Assembly: GCA_028702895.1 (NCBI GenBank)
Contig: JAQVNZ010000003.1
Coordinates: 1 to 44,494, forward strand
Reading direction: 5' to 3'
DNA: 44,494 bases
Origin: Candidatus Iainarchaeum sp.
GTDB taxonomy: Archaea > Iainarchaeota > Iainarchaeia > Iainarchaeales > JAAZKV01
Each line of letters starts with the position of its first letter. Within the stretch, counting starts at the first letter, position 1. Under the pieces are notes generated by a model, which saw nothing but the letters and a program-made list of their open reading frames with translations, ran no database searches and was not told where the DNA came from. A program made the translations under genes and the position numbers. Positions 20,101 to 29,153 of the stretch are shown here, piece by piece.

Positions 20101-20558
20101 ATAACACAGAAATTTTTGATGAAGGACCTAAAACTTCGCAATACATTCAATTAAAATCCATGGAAGATAAAATTAATGCTCAAAATAATTTACAGAAAAA
20201 AATATGGGCGGTGGATTCAAAAGATTGTTTAGAACGCGTTATGAGCTCGCATTTTTTACCAGATATAATTGGTAATGCTCGTGCATTTTCAAGACAAACT
20301 TTTAGGTGTACTCATTGTAATGAAAAATATAGGCGATTACCATTATCGGGAAGATGTTATACTTGTGGAAAAGACAATTTGATTTTAACTATTCACCAAG
20401 GATCAGTTAGAAAATATTTAAAGATCGCTCAAAATCTTGCAAGACAAGAAAATCTTTCAGCTTATTTAATACAAAGATTAGACATGATTGAAAAAGAAAT
20501 TGATTCCATATTCAAAGATGATAATGCTCAACAAAAAGGATTATTTGATTTTGTTTAA
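17118..20558 (+). CDS. polD2: DNA polymerase D large subunit DP2
   Basis: YFAGPIRAAGG, GGFRLRYGR, GRMGRPE, FRDGTSRF, LAPHTSAG, KRRNVDGDQD, C-terminal zinc finger; no intein seen. Confidence 0.98.
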   Translation: MVEINSVKILAQPQIEDYFTELQKMVTLQYELAQKVKAKGFDVSTKVEMTPAVDLADRAETLIELPGLARRYREVMKEKNDRMGTYFQLFKEIMEQKWCSIPNESKRLEIAIKSCLLIQTEGVVVAPLDGLPKIEINKNPDGSKYVDIYFAGPIRAAGGSSTVIPLILGDYGRQLLGLEKYKPTKDEIERYVEEVGIYQTEVVSRQYVIPDNEIRIIVENCPVCVNGTPTEEVEVSVHRDLPRIPTNKIRGGVGLVISEGLALKAMWVMDKAKKYAGLDWSFLEKIIKVEKKQSTIEIKPNKKLLDGMAAGRPTIAYPSRWGGFRLRYGRGRNTGIMAKAINPATMYVLDEFLAVGTHGKIERPGKATQFFPCTTIDGPIVLLKNGTVMRVNDSVKAQEISKNIEKIIYVGDLLVTYGDFRKSAHPLVPPGYVEEWWKLELEKKLNEKPELKKDVSLKEIDFEKILKDPFNVGEQIAVLISEKIGVALYPKYIHYYGALNEKEIKLLHNHLLSAVLEKGDNIIKKIIIEKNSEIKNLLEKIGLPHIVNDNKIIIGEFAFSLAKTFSLENKKTSSKENVLEYLSDISGLEIRDKAGTFIGGRMGRPEQAKRRQMKGNPHVLFPIGLNGGNIKSIKKAISLDVNPGGLINIDLAQYVNPITKKKSFLPFDKETNSRNVLLNFCYKCKESFAGEKCPKCGMELRKSGEHEINLRLMLEDAKDNLKLPVPDLVKGVVRMISDAKEVEPLEKGILRARHKVNIFRDGTSRFELLNATITHFKPCEINLTLEKVKELGYKKDYLGNELINVDQLIEIFPQDIIVHYSCGEWLLEVSRFIDDELKYFYKDEPFYNAKTKEDLIGQLVLGLAPHTSAGVTARILGYTQARLGFGHPYFVCAKRRNVDGDQDSVMLLMDGLLNFSQKYLANRNGGKMDAAIVFSTIISPNEIDDEVFEMETCTEYSLEFYDLATKIVEPFLKIIPIIKNRLATVDQYTGINFTHNTEIFDEGPKTSQYIQLKSMEDKINAQNNLQKKIWAVDSKDCLERVMSSHFLPDIIGNARAFSRQTFRCTHCNEKYRRLPLSGRCYTCGKDNLILTIHQGSVRKYLKIAQNLARQENLSAYLIQRLDMIEKEIDSIFKDDNAQQKGLFDFV

Positions 20559-20630
20559 ATAATAATTTTTTTTTGTTTTTTAGATTTCGTTAAAAAAAAA
20601 TTATTTTGTTTGTTTTTGAAAATATTTTTT

Positions 20631-22142
20631 TTATTTGTATTGGTCTTCCCATTGTAAATATGGGTAGCCACCATTTTTGCTTGGGCTAATTGCCCAAATA
20701 TTTTCAAAATCCCAATTTTCAAAAGTTGATGTTTTTTTCATATCAATTGTTGTTTTTCCAATTCCTTGATAACTGGTTTCATATTTTGAAAGATTTATGT
20801 CCCAATAAGAGTTTTGAGTTATTCCTCCGCTTGCATAAAAAGATATTAATCCTCCATTGTTTGTTTTGTCAGCATCTATAAATTCAATTGCTGCATATGA
20901 ATTATATGTTTCTCCATAATATAGCCATCCTATTAATCCGCCTGAGTTACTTATTTTTGTTACTTTTCCAATAGCATATGAATTATTTATTGTTCCACTT
21001 GAACTTCCTACTAGCCCGCCTGATCTACTTCCCAAGCTCATTAGATTTATTTTTGCGAAAGAATTATTTATTGAACCTGGTGATAAAAAAGCTCCAACTA
21101 GACCACCTTTGTAGTTACCTCTACCAGATATAGTTACTTCGGCATAAGAATTATTTATATCTCCGCTTGAACTTCCTATTAATCCTCCGATACAAGTGCT
21201 GCCTTTAATGGTTCCTGTTAAACTAACATTATTAACAAGGCTTTTTCCAGTCCAATCATAAAATTCAGCATACATTGAACCAATTAAACCACCGGTGTAT
21301 TCGCCCCCATTTATGTTTACATTTTGAAAATGAATATTTTCAATTATTGTTGGGGGTATTACAACTCCAAAAAATCCTGTTGGGTTTAAATCTGATTTAT
21401 TTATAAAAATATTTTTTATTGTTTTGTTGTTTCCATTAAACATTCCTTTAAATGGGTTGGACGTGGTTGTTCCTATTGGTTCCCACCCTTTGCCTTCATT
21501 ATATGTGTTTGTTTTTGTTGCGTCAATGTCATATAATAATTCATAGTTTTTTTCTAAGTTTTCACGCATTCTGTTTAAGTCTGAAAGAGTACAAATTGGT
21601 ATTATTGGTTTTGATGCGTCAAAGCAATTTGTGTCTGTGAAAGTGTATTCTGGTTGTATTATTTGTTGTGGGTTTGTTGGTGTTACGTTTTGTTCGCATT
21701 GTATTGTTATAGTTTGTTCTATTGTGTGGGTTATTTCGTTTTTTGTTTTGGTTATTATTTTTAAGTTGCATGTTTTTTGTGTTTGTCCTTTTTCGCATTC
21801 GCATAGTCCTGTTGTTTTTATTGTGTTAGTGTTGCCTGCTATCCAGGGTTGGTTTTTGTAAGTGTTTTCGCCGTCGTTTGTTTTGATTTTGGTTATGGTT
21901 AGGGTTTCGCCTGAGGTGTTTTTTAGGTTGAAGTAGGTTTCTTTGGTGTTTGAGTTTCCGGTTGCGTCTGTAATGCTTATTCCTCCGGTTCCTATTTGTC
22001 CTTTTAGTTGTTGGGTTGTTTGTGTGATTTGTTGTGTTTGAAACATGTTGGTTGAGATTCCTGCGACGATTAATCCTATTACGATTATGATTGCAATAAT
22101 AATTAAATATTCTACAGTACTCTGTGCGTTGTTATTTTGCAT
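20631..22142 (-). CDS. Class III signal peptide (pilin-like) surface protein with GLUG-like repeats, copy A
   Basis: A|QSTVEYL followed by a hydrophobic helix; about six GGL[IV]G repeats; C-terminal WDFENIW...YPYL. Confidence 0.85.
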   Translation of the reverse strand: MQNNNAQSTVEYLIIIAIIIVIGLIVAGISTNMFQTQQITQTTQQLKGQIGTGGISITDATGNSNTKETYFNLKNTSGETLTITKIKTNDGENTYKNQPWIAGNTNTIKTTGLCECEKGQTQKTCNLKIITKTKNEITHTIEQTITIQCEQNVTPTNPQQIIQPEYTFTDTNCFDASKPIIPICTLSDLNRMRENLEKNYELLYDIDATKTNTYNEGKGWEPIGTTTSNPFKGMFNGNNKTIKNIFINKSDLNPTGFFGVVIPPTIIENIHFQNVNINGGEYTGGLIGSMYAEFYDWTGKSLVNNVSLTGTIKGSTCIGGLIGSSSGDINNSYAEVTISGRGNYKGGLVGAFLSPGSINNSFAKINLMSLGSRSGGLVGSSSGTINNSYAIGKVTKISNSGGLIGWLYYGETYNSYAAIEFIDADKTNNGGLISFYASGGITQNSYWDINLSKYETSYQGIGKTTIDMKKTSTFENWDFENIWAISPSKNGGYPYLQWEDQYK

Positions 22143-22333
22143 AATAATAGAATGTTTTATTTGTTTTTAATCCTTTGTTATTTATTAATAAATTTTTTTT
22201 TATTAGTTTTAAAATTTATTAGTTAAATTTTTATTTATTTAAGTTTAGTCTTTATTTGAAATTATTTTTTTAGACTTGTTTGTTATTTTATTTTTTATTT
22301 AAATTTTTTTGTTTTTTATTTAAATTTATTTTT

Positions 22334-23542
22334 TTAAAAATTTTTAAATAATTCTTTTTCTAAAACTGTTTTGATTTTCATTGGATCAAATCCAAGTTTG
22401 ATTAATCTTGTTTGGCCTTTAATTCCTTTTCCAGAATTTGTTACTAGAATCAATCCGTACATTTCTAATTCGTTAATATATTGTCTATACCATCTGCTAG
22501 TAATAGTTCTGCGATCAAATTTTTTTGCAAGAGTTAAATATGCTTCAAATATTTCTCCACTAAATAAAACTCCTTTTTCTACTTCTCCATTAACTTTAGT
22601 AAAAGTAGGATTTTGCGCGCTTAATTGTGCTATTGCATATAGTACTAATTGTTGTTGTTCTGGCAGAGTAGAAATCATTGAAATAATTATTTCTTCTTCA
22701 ACACTAACTTTTGCTTTTTCAACTAGGGTATCATCCACAATTGTTAATTCTTGTGAATCAGCTATTTCTCCTGCTCTTTGCATTAACATTACCGCAGTTC
22801 TAGCGTCACCACTTTCTTGTGCAGCTAATGCAGCAGCTAAAGAAATGGCTTCATCTTTTACGGTTTCAAATTTAAATGCTTTGTCAATTCTCTCTTTTAA
22901 AATTTCTTTTAATTCAGTTGCATTATATGGACTAAAAACCATTTCTCTTTCGCATAGTGAACTCTTTGTTCTAGGATCCAGTTTTTCTTTAAAAGTTAAA
23001 TTATTTGAAATACCAATTATTGTAATGGACCCACTTTTTAATTCATCATTTCCTCTAGATAAAGAATAAACTAATTCATCAATATCTTTTACTTTATCAA
23101 TTTCATCTAAAACTAGAATTTGGTGTATTGCATTTTCATTTGAATATTCTAATAATTTTTCATAAATAAAACTAGAACTATATCCTAAAAAATCTTTTTC
23201 AGTAATAGTGCTTCTTAAAACTTTTAACAAAACCTTGTATTTTGATGGGTGACTTCTACAATTAACATAACTTGAACAAACTTTTTTATCATGTGTTTTA
23301 ACAAAATCGTCTAATTGTTCTAACACATGTTTTACTGTTGCGGTTTTACCTGAACCTGTTTTTCCATATAAAAAAAAATTATTTGGTTTTGAATTATTAA
23401 GCACGGGTCCCAAAAATTGTGTTATCTCATTAATTTGTTTTTCTCTAAAAGGCAAATTCTTTGGAATGTGATGCGGTGAGATAATATCTTTATCTAAAAA
23501 AACAGTATTTTTTGCCATGTGCTTTTCAAACAAATTTTCCAT
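22334..23542 (-). CDS. cdc6: Orc1/Cdc6 replication initiator
   Basis: LPFREKQI, Walker A GKTGSGKT, Walker B LDEID, SGDARTA, C-terminal wHTH (INELEMYGLI); SD GGGGTG before ATG 23542. Confidence 0.97.
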   Translation of the reverse strand: MENLFEKHMAKNTVFLDKDIISPHHIPKNLPFREKQINEITQFLGPVLNNSKPNNFFLYGKTGSGKTATVKHVLEQLDDFVKTHDKKVCSSYVNCRSHPSKYKVLLKVLRSTITEKDFLGYSSSFIYEKLLEYSNENAIHQILVLDEIDKVKDIDELVYSLSRGNDELKSGSITIIGISNNLTFKEKLDPRTKSSLCEREMVFSPYNATELKEILKERIDKAFKFETVKDEAISLAAALAAQESGDARTAVMLMQRAGEIADSQELTIVDDTLVEKAKVSVEEEIIISMISTLPEQQQLVLYAIAQLSAQNPTFTKVNGEVEKGVLFSGEIFEAYLTLAKKFDRRTITSRWYRQYINELEMYGLILVTNSGKGIKGQTRLIKLGFDPMKIKTVLEKELFKNF

Positions 23543-23555
23543 TAACAACACCCCG

Positions 23556-23582
23556 AATACTGGTATTAATGCTTCCAGTATT
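23556..23582. promoter_or_regulatory. Inverted repeat AATACTGG-N11-CCAGTATT upstream of cdc6
   Basis: Arms at 23556-23563 and 23575-23582; TTCCAGT/TTCCACT copies resemble only part of an ORB core. Confidence 0.35.
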
Positions 23583-23721
23583 TTACTTCCACTAATATTA
23601 CCCTCTAATAAAATTAATATGTATAGTGTTTGAAAAACAAACCTTTTTTGTTTCAGACATAATGATTTATATACTTTTTATAGGAAAAATATAATAACAA
23701 TGTCTTTGATGAGGTGGTAAC

Positions 23722-24078
23722 TTGGGATTTTTTAATAAGGTAATGGCAAAAAATGAAGGAGTAGATTTGGAAGATTTCTTAAATAATCTTGACGAGGTTC
23801 AAGAAGAATCTTACGATAATGCGGATGCGTTTGTAAAGCCAATGGATTTGGTTGTTGATGCAGATGTAGATGCAATAATGAATGAAGTAAAAAATGGTAA
23901 TATTGCACTAGTTAATATTAGTGAATTATCAAAAAGAAATGTTGTAAAACTAAAAGAATTAATAGGATTATTAAAATCAAAAATAAAAGCTATTGATGGG
24001 GATATTGCAAGAATATCTCAAGGCAGAGTACTTGTTACTCCTTCAAGAGTTAAAATAATTAAACGAAAAGGACAGTGA
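23722..24078 (+). CDS. sepF: Archaeal cell division protein SepF
   Basis: EVKNGNIALVNI, IDGDIARISQGRVLVTPSRVKIIK; SD GAGGTGG before a TTG start. Confidence 0.88.
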   Translation: MGFFNKVMAKNEGVDLEDFLNNLDEVQEESYDNADAFVKPMDLVVDADVDAIMNEVKNGNIALVNISELSKRNVVKLKELIGLLKSKIKAIDGDIARISQGRVLVTPSRVKIIKRKGQ

Positions 24079-24082
24079 ATAA

Positions 24083-24889
24083 ATGTATTTGGGCAATCCC
24101 TTATTGCCTTCAAAGACTACCATTGATGAAGCTACATCAATGGTAAAAAAAGTTCTACTTGAAAAAAACTGGGTTGAAATAAAAAAACCAAAAGTTAGGA
24201 TCTTGTTAGAATCTTATTTCTTTTTTAATTATCATTATTTTAATGAAAGTTCTTCTAAAGAAAATATTATTGAAAATTCGGTTGATGGATTACTAGCAAT
24301 AAATGCTTTTACATTATTAATTGATAAAGAAATATCTGATTTGATCATAAAAAATTCTAAAGACGTATCTAACGTTGCACCTAGTATTGATTTTATAAAA
24401 ATTAAAAGTATTATTGATAAAAAAAATGCGGGTGAAGTAATAAAATTAAAAGTAGCAGAGCATTTTAAAGTTTCTAAAAAAAATGTGGTTGTTTCTGGAA
24501 TAAAAAAATATATGGTTTCATTTTATGAATTAACATTTAATATAAACAAAAAAGACATTGTCGTGCTAGTTAATTCGGTTAATGGTAAAATAATAGATTC
24601 TACGCGTATCCCTGTTCGCGAAAAAGAGTTGATGGAAGTTACTAAAGAAACATTACAAGAATTAGCTCATCCTAACTCATGGTTAAAATATACTAAAGAA
24701 ATTTTTTTAGAAATTGGAACAAAATTATCTAAAAAACTAAAAAAAGGAAAACAAAAAAATAATGTAATATTAATAAAAGATTTAAAAGAAAAAAATTTTA
24801 CTAAAAGTCTTGCTTTTTTAGATAGTAAACTTGTTTGGATAATAATAATATTATTAGCAATATTTTTAATTTACTTATCTTTCTTATAA
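24083..24889 (+). CDS. Hypothetical protein with a single C-terminal TM anchor
   Basis: 268 aa, no N-terminal signal, ends LVWIIIILLAIFLIYLSFL; 4 nt downstream of sepF. Confidence 0.7.
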   Translation: MYLGNPLLPSKTTIDEATSMVKKVLLEKNWVEIKKPKVRILLESYFFFNYHYFNESSSKENIIENSVDGLLAINAFTLLIDKEISDLIIKNSKDVSNVAPSIDFIKIKSIIDKKNAGEVIKLKVAEHFKVSKKNVVVSGIKKYMVSFYELTFNINKKDIVVLVNSVNGKIIDSTRIPVREKELMEVTKETLQELAHPNSWLKYTKEIFLEIGTKLSKKLKKGKQKNNVILIKDLKEKNFTKSLAFLDSKLVWIIIILLAIFLIYLSFL

Positions 24890-24962
24890 AAATATTTTTT
24901 TATATTAATAAAAATAATCCTAGTTTTTATTATTTGGAGTAATTATTTTTAATATTTGTTTA

Positions 24963-27470
24963 TTAGTTTGGTTCGCATAACTTTAAACCTGATATTGAAT
25001 TAACTATTGTTTGTTTTGATACATTTAATGATTTTAATAATTCTTCTTCATTCCAAAAAAGAGTCCATGATTTATCATTTCCAGCAAATTCTTCAGCAAT
25101 ACAAATTTCTCTATTATTTATTTTTTCAAACATGTCTTTTATATTATCTGAATAATATCCGCTTGAGTTACGATTTAAATCTATTGAACAATTAGTATCG
25201 GTATAAGTGCAATTAGTTGAAGAAGTTTTGCCATAAATGCTTATTGGTCCTATGATTTGAATTTTGTCTAAAATCGCTTCTGCTTTAAGCGGAGCATAAA
25301 TAACTGTTTGTAATAATTCAATTTTGTTTGAATTAATATCATTATATTCTTCTAGGCTAACAAGTATTTCCCCATCTGATTTAGCATTCATTATTGTGTC
25401 TGGCAATTTGTAATATAATGATTTAGTTGTTTCTGTTTGATTTGGTGAAATTTCTTCACAACCTGCTCCAATATTACTTGCAAATCCAGTCCAATACGAA
25501 AAGATTCCGTTTTTAGTTAAACTAGGAGTGATATTTTTAACAGTAAATTTATTTGAAACAATATCATTAATTTTATCAATTTTTATAAATAAAGGCACTG
25601 CAAATGTTTTAGTTAATTGTATTTTTTCTGGATCTGTTCCTAATATTTGTTTGTTAAATGTAAGCACAATCCCTCTTTCGCTAATATTAGTATTAGAAAA
25701 ATGTGGTGTTGTATATTCTATTCTATCTGCACTAATTTCGCTCATATCATTTCTATAAAAGAACCAATCAATATTAGGTGCAACTCTGTTTGATAAATTA
25801 ACTTCAATTAAATATTCGGTATTAATGTTTCCATCAGTATCAAATAAATCATTTTCGCTAGGTTTTACAATATTTATTTCCATATCATATTTTCCTGCGG
25901 GTAATAATGTTGATCCGTCCATAACACCACCCTCTAATCTAAAATTAATAACATTTGATTCGGCAAATAATTTTTTTAATCTAATTTTTCTTCCGTCAGC
26001 AGTACTTCCAACATAATTCACAGGTGTTCCATTAAATCCTTCTAAACCATCAAATTCTGCAAAGCCTATGTTGAAATTATTTAAATGTTCAGAAATTTTA
26101 TTTTTACTTAAATCAGTATCTCTAATATGAACTTCTGTTGAAGAATATTTTGAAAGCTCGTTATTTAATAGATTAATTGCGGTATTGTTGATATCCACTT
26201 TACGAAGTTCGCTACTTAAATCAGTTTTTGTTTCAATAATTTTCCCAATTTTACTTGCTAAAGAAAATAAGAATTCGGTTTGTGAACAATAAATCCAATT
26301 ATTATCTTCTCCATTAAGATTCTTTAAATCGCATGTAGTTGCGTTAATTTTACCATCATCTGCAAAAGTTAAATTTATTCTTGGAGAATAATCTGGTCCT
26401 GTAACACCTATTAATCCCTCGTGGCTAACACATTCAGTTAGTTTGTCTGTTCCACCTTGAATTTTTATTTGAAAATCTTGTTGATCAATTAAACCAATAG
26501 TATAAATTTTTGGTGGAGAAGTTGTAACATATTTTCCCATACCTGGTGCTTGTGGCAAAGAATAATTTGCGTCTAACTTAAGAGTAATTGCCATATTTTC
26601 ATTTAGGGGTTGGTTTTTTATTTTATTTTTGTCAATTCTTATTTTTGCAGTTACTATTAGTAAATCTTTCCATTCAGTTAACACCAGTCCTTCAATTCTT
26701 GATTTATCAATTATTTCACAAGTTGCACCATAATCATTATCGCATGTTAAATTCAAGTTATCTATTCTAATTTTTAGTGGATGATTTTTTGCGATAGTAA
26801 AAAATATTTCTTCCTCATAATATCCATTTGTATCATAAAATTTAAGTGTTTTTTTTGTTGGAGTAAAAATAAATAATGATGGATACTGATTGATAAACAA
26901 AAAAGTTTCTGAAAACTTGTTTACTAAGGCATTACCGCATTTGCCAGCAATTGTTTTAGTATCAATAAAACCATTTAAAGTATATGCTCCTAAATTTAAA
27001 TCATTTGGGTCAAAATAAATTTCTGCCGTTTGAAAGTTTCCTTTTCCAACTGGGGTATTGTTTGGATCATCTTGTAGTTTCCCATTAACCGTTGTGCAAT
27101 ATGGTAGATTATGGAATAATTCAGCACACGCATTATTTGGAGTGTTATATTGAAGTTTTTTTGAATTATTTGCACTATCTAAAAGTTCTAATTTTGCGAA
27201 TGGAACTATTTGATTAACTGCACCATTATTACAAACAATATTATAATTTCCAAATCCAGTAAATTTTGCAGTAGTCATTGGCATTACAATTGCTTTAATA
27301 TTTGCGTCATTAAAAACAAATTGATTTGCTGGGTCTAAAGTAACATGTGAACCGCCTGTCCAATTAAGTGTTGGGCTAGTATCGTTACCAAGGATTTCCC
27401 AACAGTGTGTTGCTGAAAAAACAATTGGGCTTAGTAAAAGAAAAATAATACAAATTAAAGTTTTATTCAT
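24963..27470 (-). CDS. Large secreted/surface protein (835 aa)
   Basis: Sec signal MNKTLICIIFLLLSPIVFSA; Asn/Thr-rich beta composition with paired Cys; stop/start overlap with the upstream gene. Confidence 0.8.
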   Translation of the reverse strand: MNKTLICIIFLLLSPIVFSATHCWEILGNDTSPTLNWTGGSHVTLDPANQFVFNDANIKAIVMPMTTAKFTGFGNYNIVCNNGAVNQIVPFAKLELLDSANNSKKLQYNTPNNACAELFHNLPYCTTVNGKLQDDPNNTPVGKGNFQTAEIYFDPNDLNLGAYTLNGFIDTKTIAGKCGNALVNKFSETFLFINQYPSLFIFTPTKKTLKFYDTNGYYEEEIFFTIAKNHPLKIRIDNLNLTCDNDYGATCEIIDKSRIEGLVLTEWKDLLIVTAKIRIDKNKIKNQPLNENMAITLKLDANYSLPQAPGMGKYVTTSPPKIYTIGLIDQQDFQIKIQGGTDKLTECVSHEGLIGVTGPDYSPRINLTFADDGKINATTCDLKNLNGEDNNWIYCSQTEFLFSLASKIGKIIETKTDLSSELRKVDINNTAINLLNNELSKYSSTEVHIRDTDLSKNKISEHLNNFNIGFAEFDGLEGFNGTPVNYVGSTADGRKIRLKKLFAESNVINFRLEGGVMDGSTLLPAGKYDMEINIVKPSENDLFDTDGNINTEYLIEVNLSNRVAPNIDWFFYRNDMSEISADRIEYTTPHFSNTNISERGIVLTFNKQILGTDPEKIQLTKTFAVPLFIKIDKINDIVSNKFTVKNITPSLTKNGIFSYWTGFASNIGAGCEEISPNQTETTKSLYYKLPDTIMNAKSDGEILVSLEEYNDINSNKIELLQTVIYAPLKAEAILDKIQIIGPISIYGKTSSTNCTYTDTNCSIDLNRNSSGYYSDNIKDMFEKINNREICIAEEFAGNDKSWTLFWNEEELLKSLNVSKQTIVNSISGLKLCEPN

Positions 27471-29152
27471 TTTTTTCTACTCCTTGCTTTTTTTATACTT
27501 GTGTGTAAAACAAATATTGATCCAATAAATAATAGTATAGCTATCCAAAATAATAAAGGTATCATTTGTTCAAAATCATAAACTGTTTTCTCATTTGAAA
27601 CACATTTTGTCATACAACAAGCGCCATCTTTTGAAACAGTTGGCGTGCTATCGCAAACAAATCCTTGTTGGCAAATAATTCCTTTGCAAGGTAAATTTTC
27701 TAGTGGTATTATTTCTGTTCCTGTTAAAATTTCTTCCTGAGTTATTCCTAAATATAAATCAATTGTTTGTTGTCTTTTTGAATCAAAATCAGTTACAATT
27801 AAAGTATATTTTCCATGTTCTACAAAAAAACTTTGTTTGAAATTTTTTTCTTGATTTATTAACTCATTAATAATACTTTGTTCAAAATCAATTAATTGTA
27901 ATCTTGAATTTATTTTATTATTTGATTTGGTTAATATTATTTCAAGGTTTTTTCCAAGATCATTATAATTCCAAGTTACTTCAATTAGTTTAGGATTTCT
28001 TAAATTTTCTGCTTCTATTAATTCTTTTAATGGGACATCAAAACACTCTTCATCAAAAATTTTGTTATTTTTCGTAATTTTTAAACAAATTTTATCAAAT
28101 ATTTTTTTGCCAATATAAAAATTTGCATCTAATATTTCGCTTGTTTGTATAGAATCAAATTTTTTGTTATCTGATTTAATTTTAGTTCCTTCATTAAATA
28201 CTTCTAATTCTAATTCAAAATCAAAAAAATCTGGATTGTTAAAATGATCTGGGCTACCTGCAATAATTGTAGTTATAGAAAAATCTTCGTCTTCTAAACC
28301 ATTAATCATAATTTTTCTAATTTTTGAAGTCCCACTTTCTACTATTACTCTGTTGCTGTAAATTGATTTTATTTTAGTGTCTTCTGTTAAAATCATTTTT
28401 ATTTCATATGCTGAAGGAATGCTTGGTGCTTTTAACTCAACGTTTAATTCTTTTTTTGAAAATGAGTTTATTTCATCAATAATTATTTCTTTTTGTAAAA
28501 CAGGTTCATTAATTGAACAAGACCAATCACAAATTTTTAATTCTAATTTTAATTTTTTTGAATTAACATTTGAATTATTTTCAATAATAATTGTTCCTGG
28601 AAAATTTTTGTTTTCTTCAACAGGGAATCCTACTGGCCCAATTTGTTTTATTTCTCCAAAATGTGTTTGGTTTCTATTTATTATTATTTCATTATTTATT
28701 TTTTCTCCTATAACAGAAAAATTTTTTATTAAAGCGTTAAGTAATATAGAATCACTGCCTGTTAACATTGCTTTTTGATTCCACGAATAAATGCTTAAGT
28801 GATAATCTCCTGGAGAGTTAGGCGCGTTAAGATTAAATGGTATTATTTTCGCATTTCTTGATAGGTTCCATGTTCCATTAATTATTTTTTCGTTTAAAAT
28901 ATTTTCATTTGAAATTTGTGATGGGTAATCATACTTGCCAGTGGCTGTTTGTATAATTATTGTGTTGTCAATTAGTGGAAAATATTCTTCATTTGTTATA
29001 ATTATTGTTCCAGTTATTTCTTCGCCTGATTTAAAATTTTCTTTATCAAGATTAATTGTTAAATAACCGTTCCACGTTAAATCATTTGCGGTATATGCAA
29101 AACAATTAGAAAATAGTATTAATAAAATAATTGTAATATATATTTTTTTCAT
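27467..29152 (-). CDS. Type I membrane-anchored surface protein with Ig-like segments and a Cys-rich juxtamembrane module
   Basis: Signal MKKIYITIILLILFSNCFA (ATG 29152); CKGIICQQGFVC...GACCMTKC; C-terminal TM plus KKARSRKK. Confidence 0.8.
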   Translation of the reverse strand: MKKIYITIILLILFSNCFAYTANDLTWNGYLTINLDKENFKSGEEITGTIIITNEEYFPLIDNTIIIQTATGKYDYPSQISNENILNEKIINGTWNLSRNAKIIPFNLNAPNSPGDYHLSIYSWNQKAMLTGSDSILLNALIKNFSVIGEKINNEIIINRNQTHFGEIKQIGPVGFPVEENKNFPGTIIIENNSNVNSKKLKLELKICDWSCSINEPVLQKEIIIDEINSFSKKELNVELKAPSIPSAYEIKMILTEDTKIKSIYSNRVIVESGTSKIRKIMINGLEDEDFSITTIIAGSPDHFNNPDFFDFELELEVFNEGTKIKSDNKKFDSIQTSEILDANFYIGKKIFDKICLKITKNNKIFDEECFDVPLKELIEAENLRNPKLIEVTWNYNDLGKNLEIILTKSNNKINSRLQLIDFEQSIINELINQEKNFKQSFFVEHGKYTLIVTDFDSKRQQTIDLYLGITQEEILTGTEIIPLENLPCKGIICQQGFVCDSTPTVSKDGACCMTKCVSNEKTVYDFEQMIPLLFWIAILLFIGSIFVLHTSIKKARSRKK

Positions 29153-29153
29153 T

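Noticed and set aside
17118-20558. Intein in DP2 (a common host)
   Set aside because: Length is ordinary, motifs are contiguous and no splice-junction or LAGLIDADG signatures were seen.
21452-21861. Hydrophobic plus-strand ORFs and alternate-frame ORF 21619-21804
   Set aside because: By-products of the A-depleted composition, which removes stop codons on the + strand.
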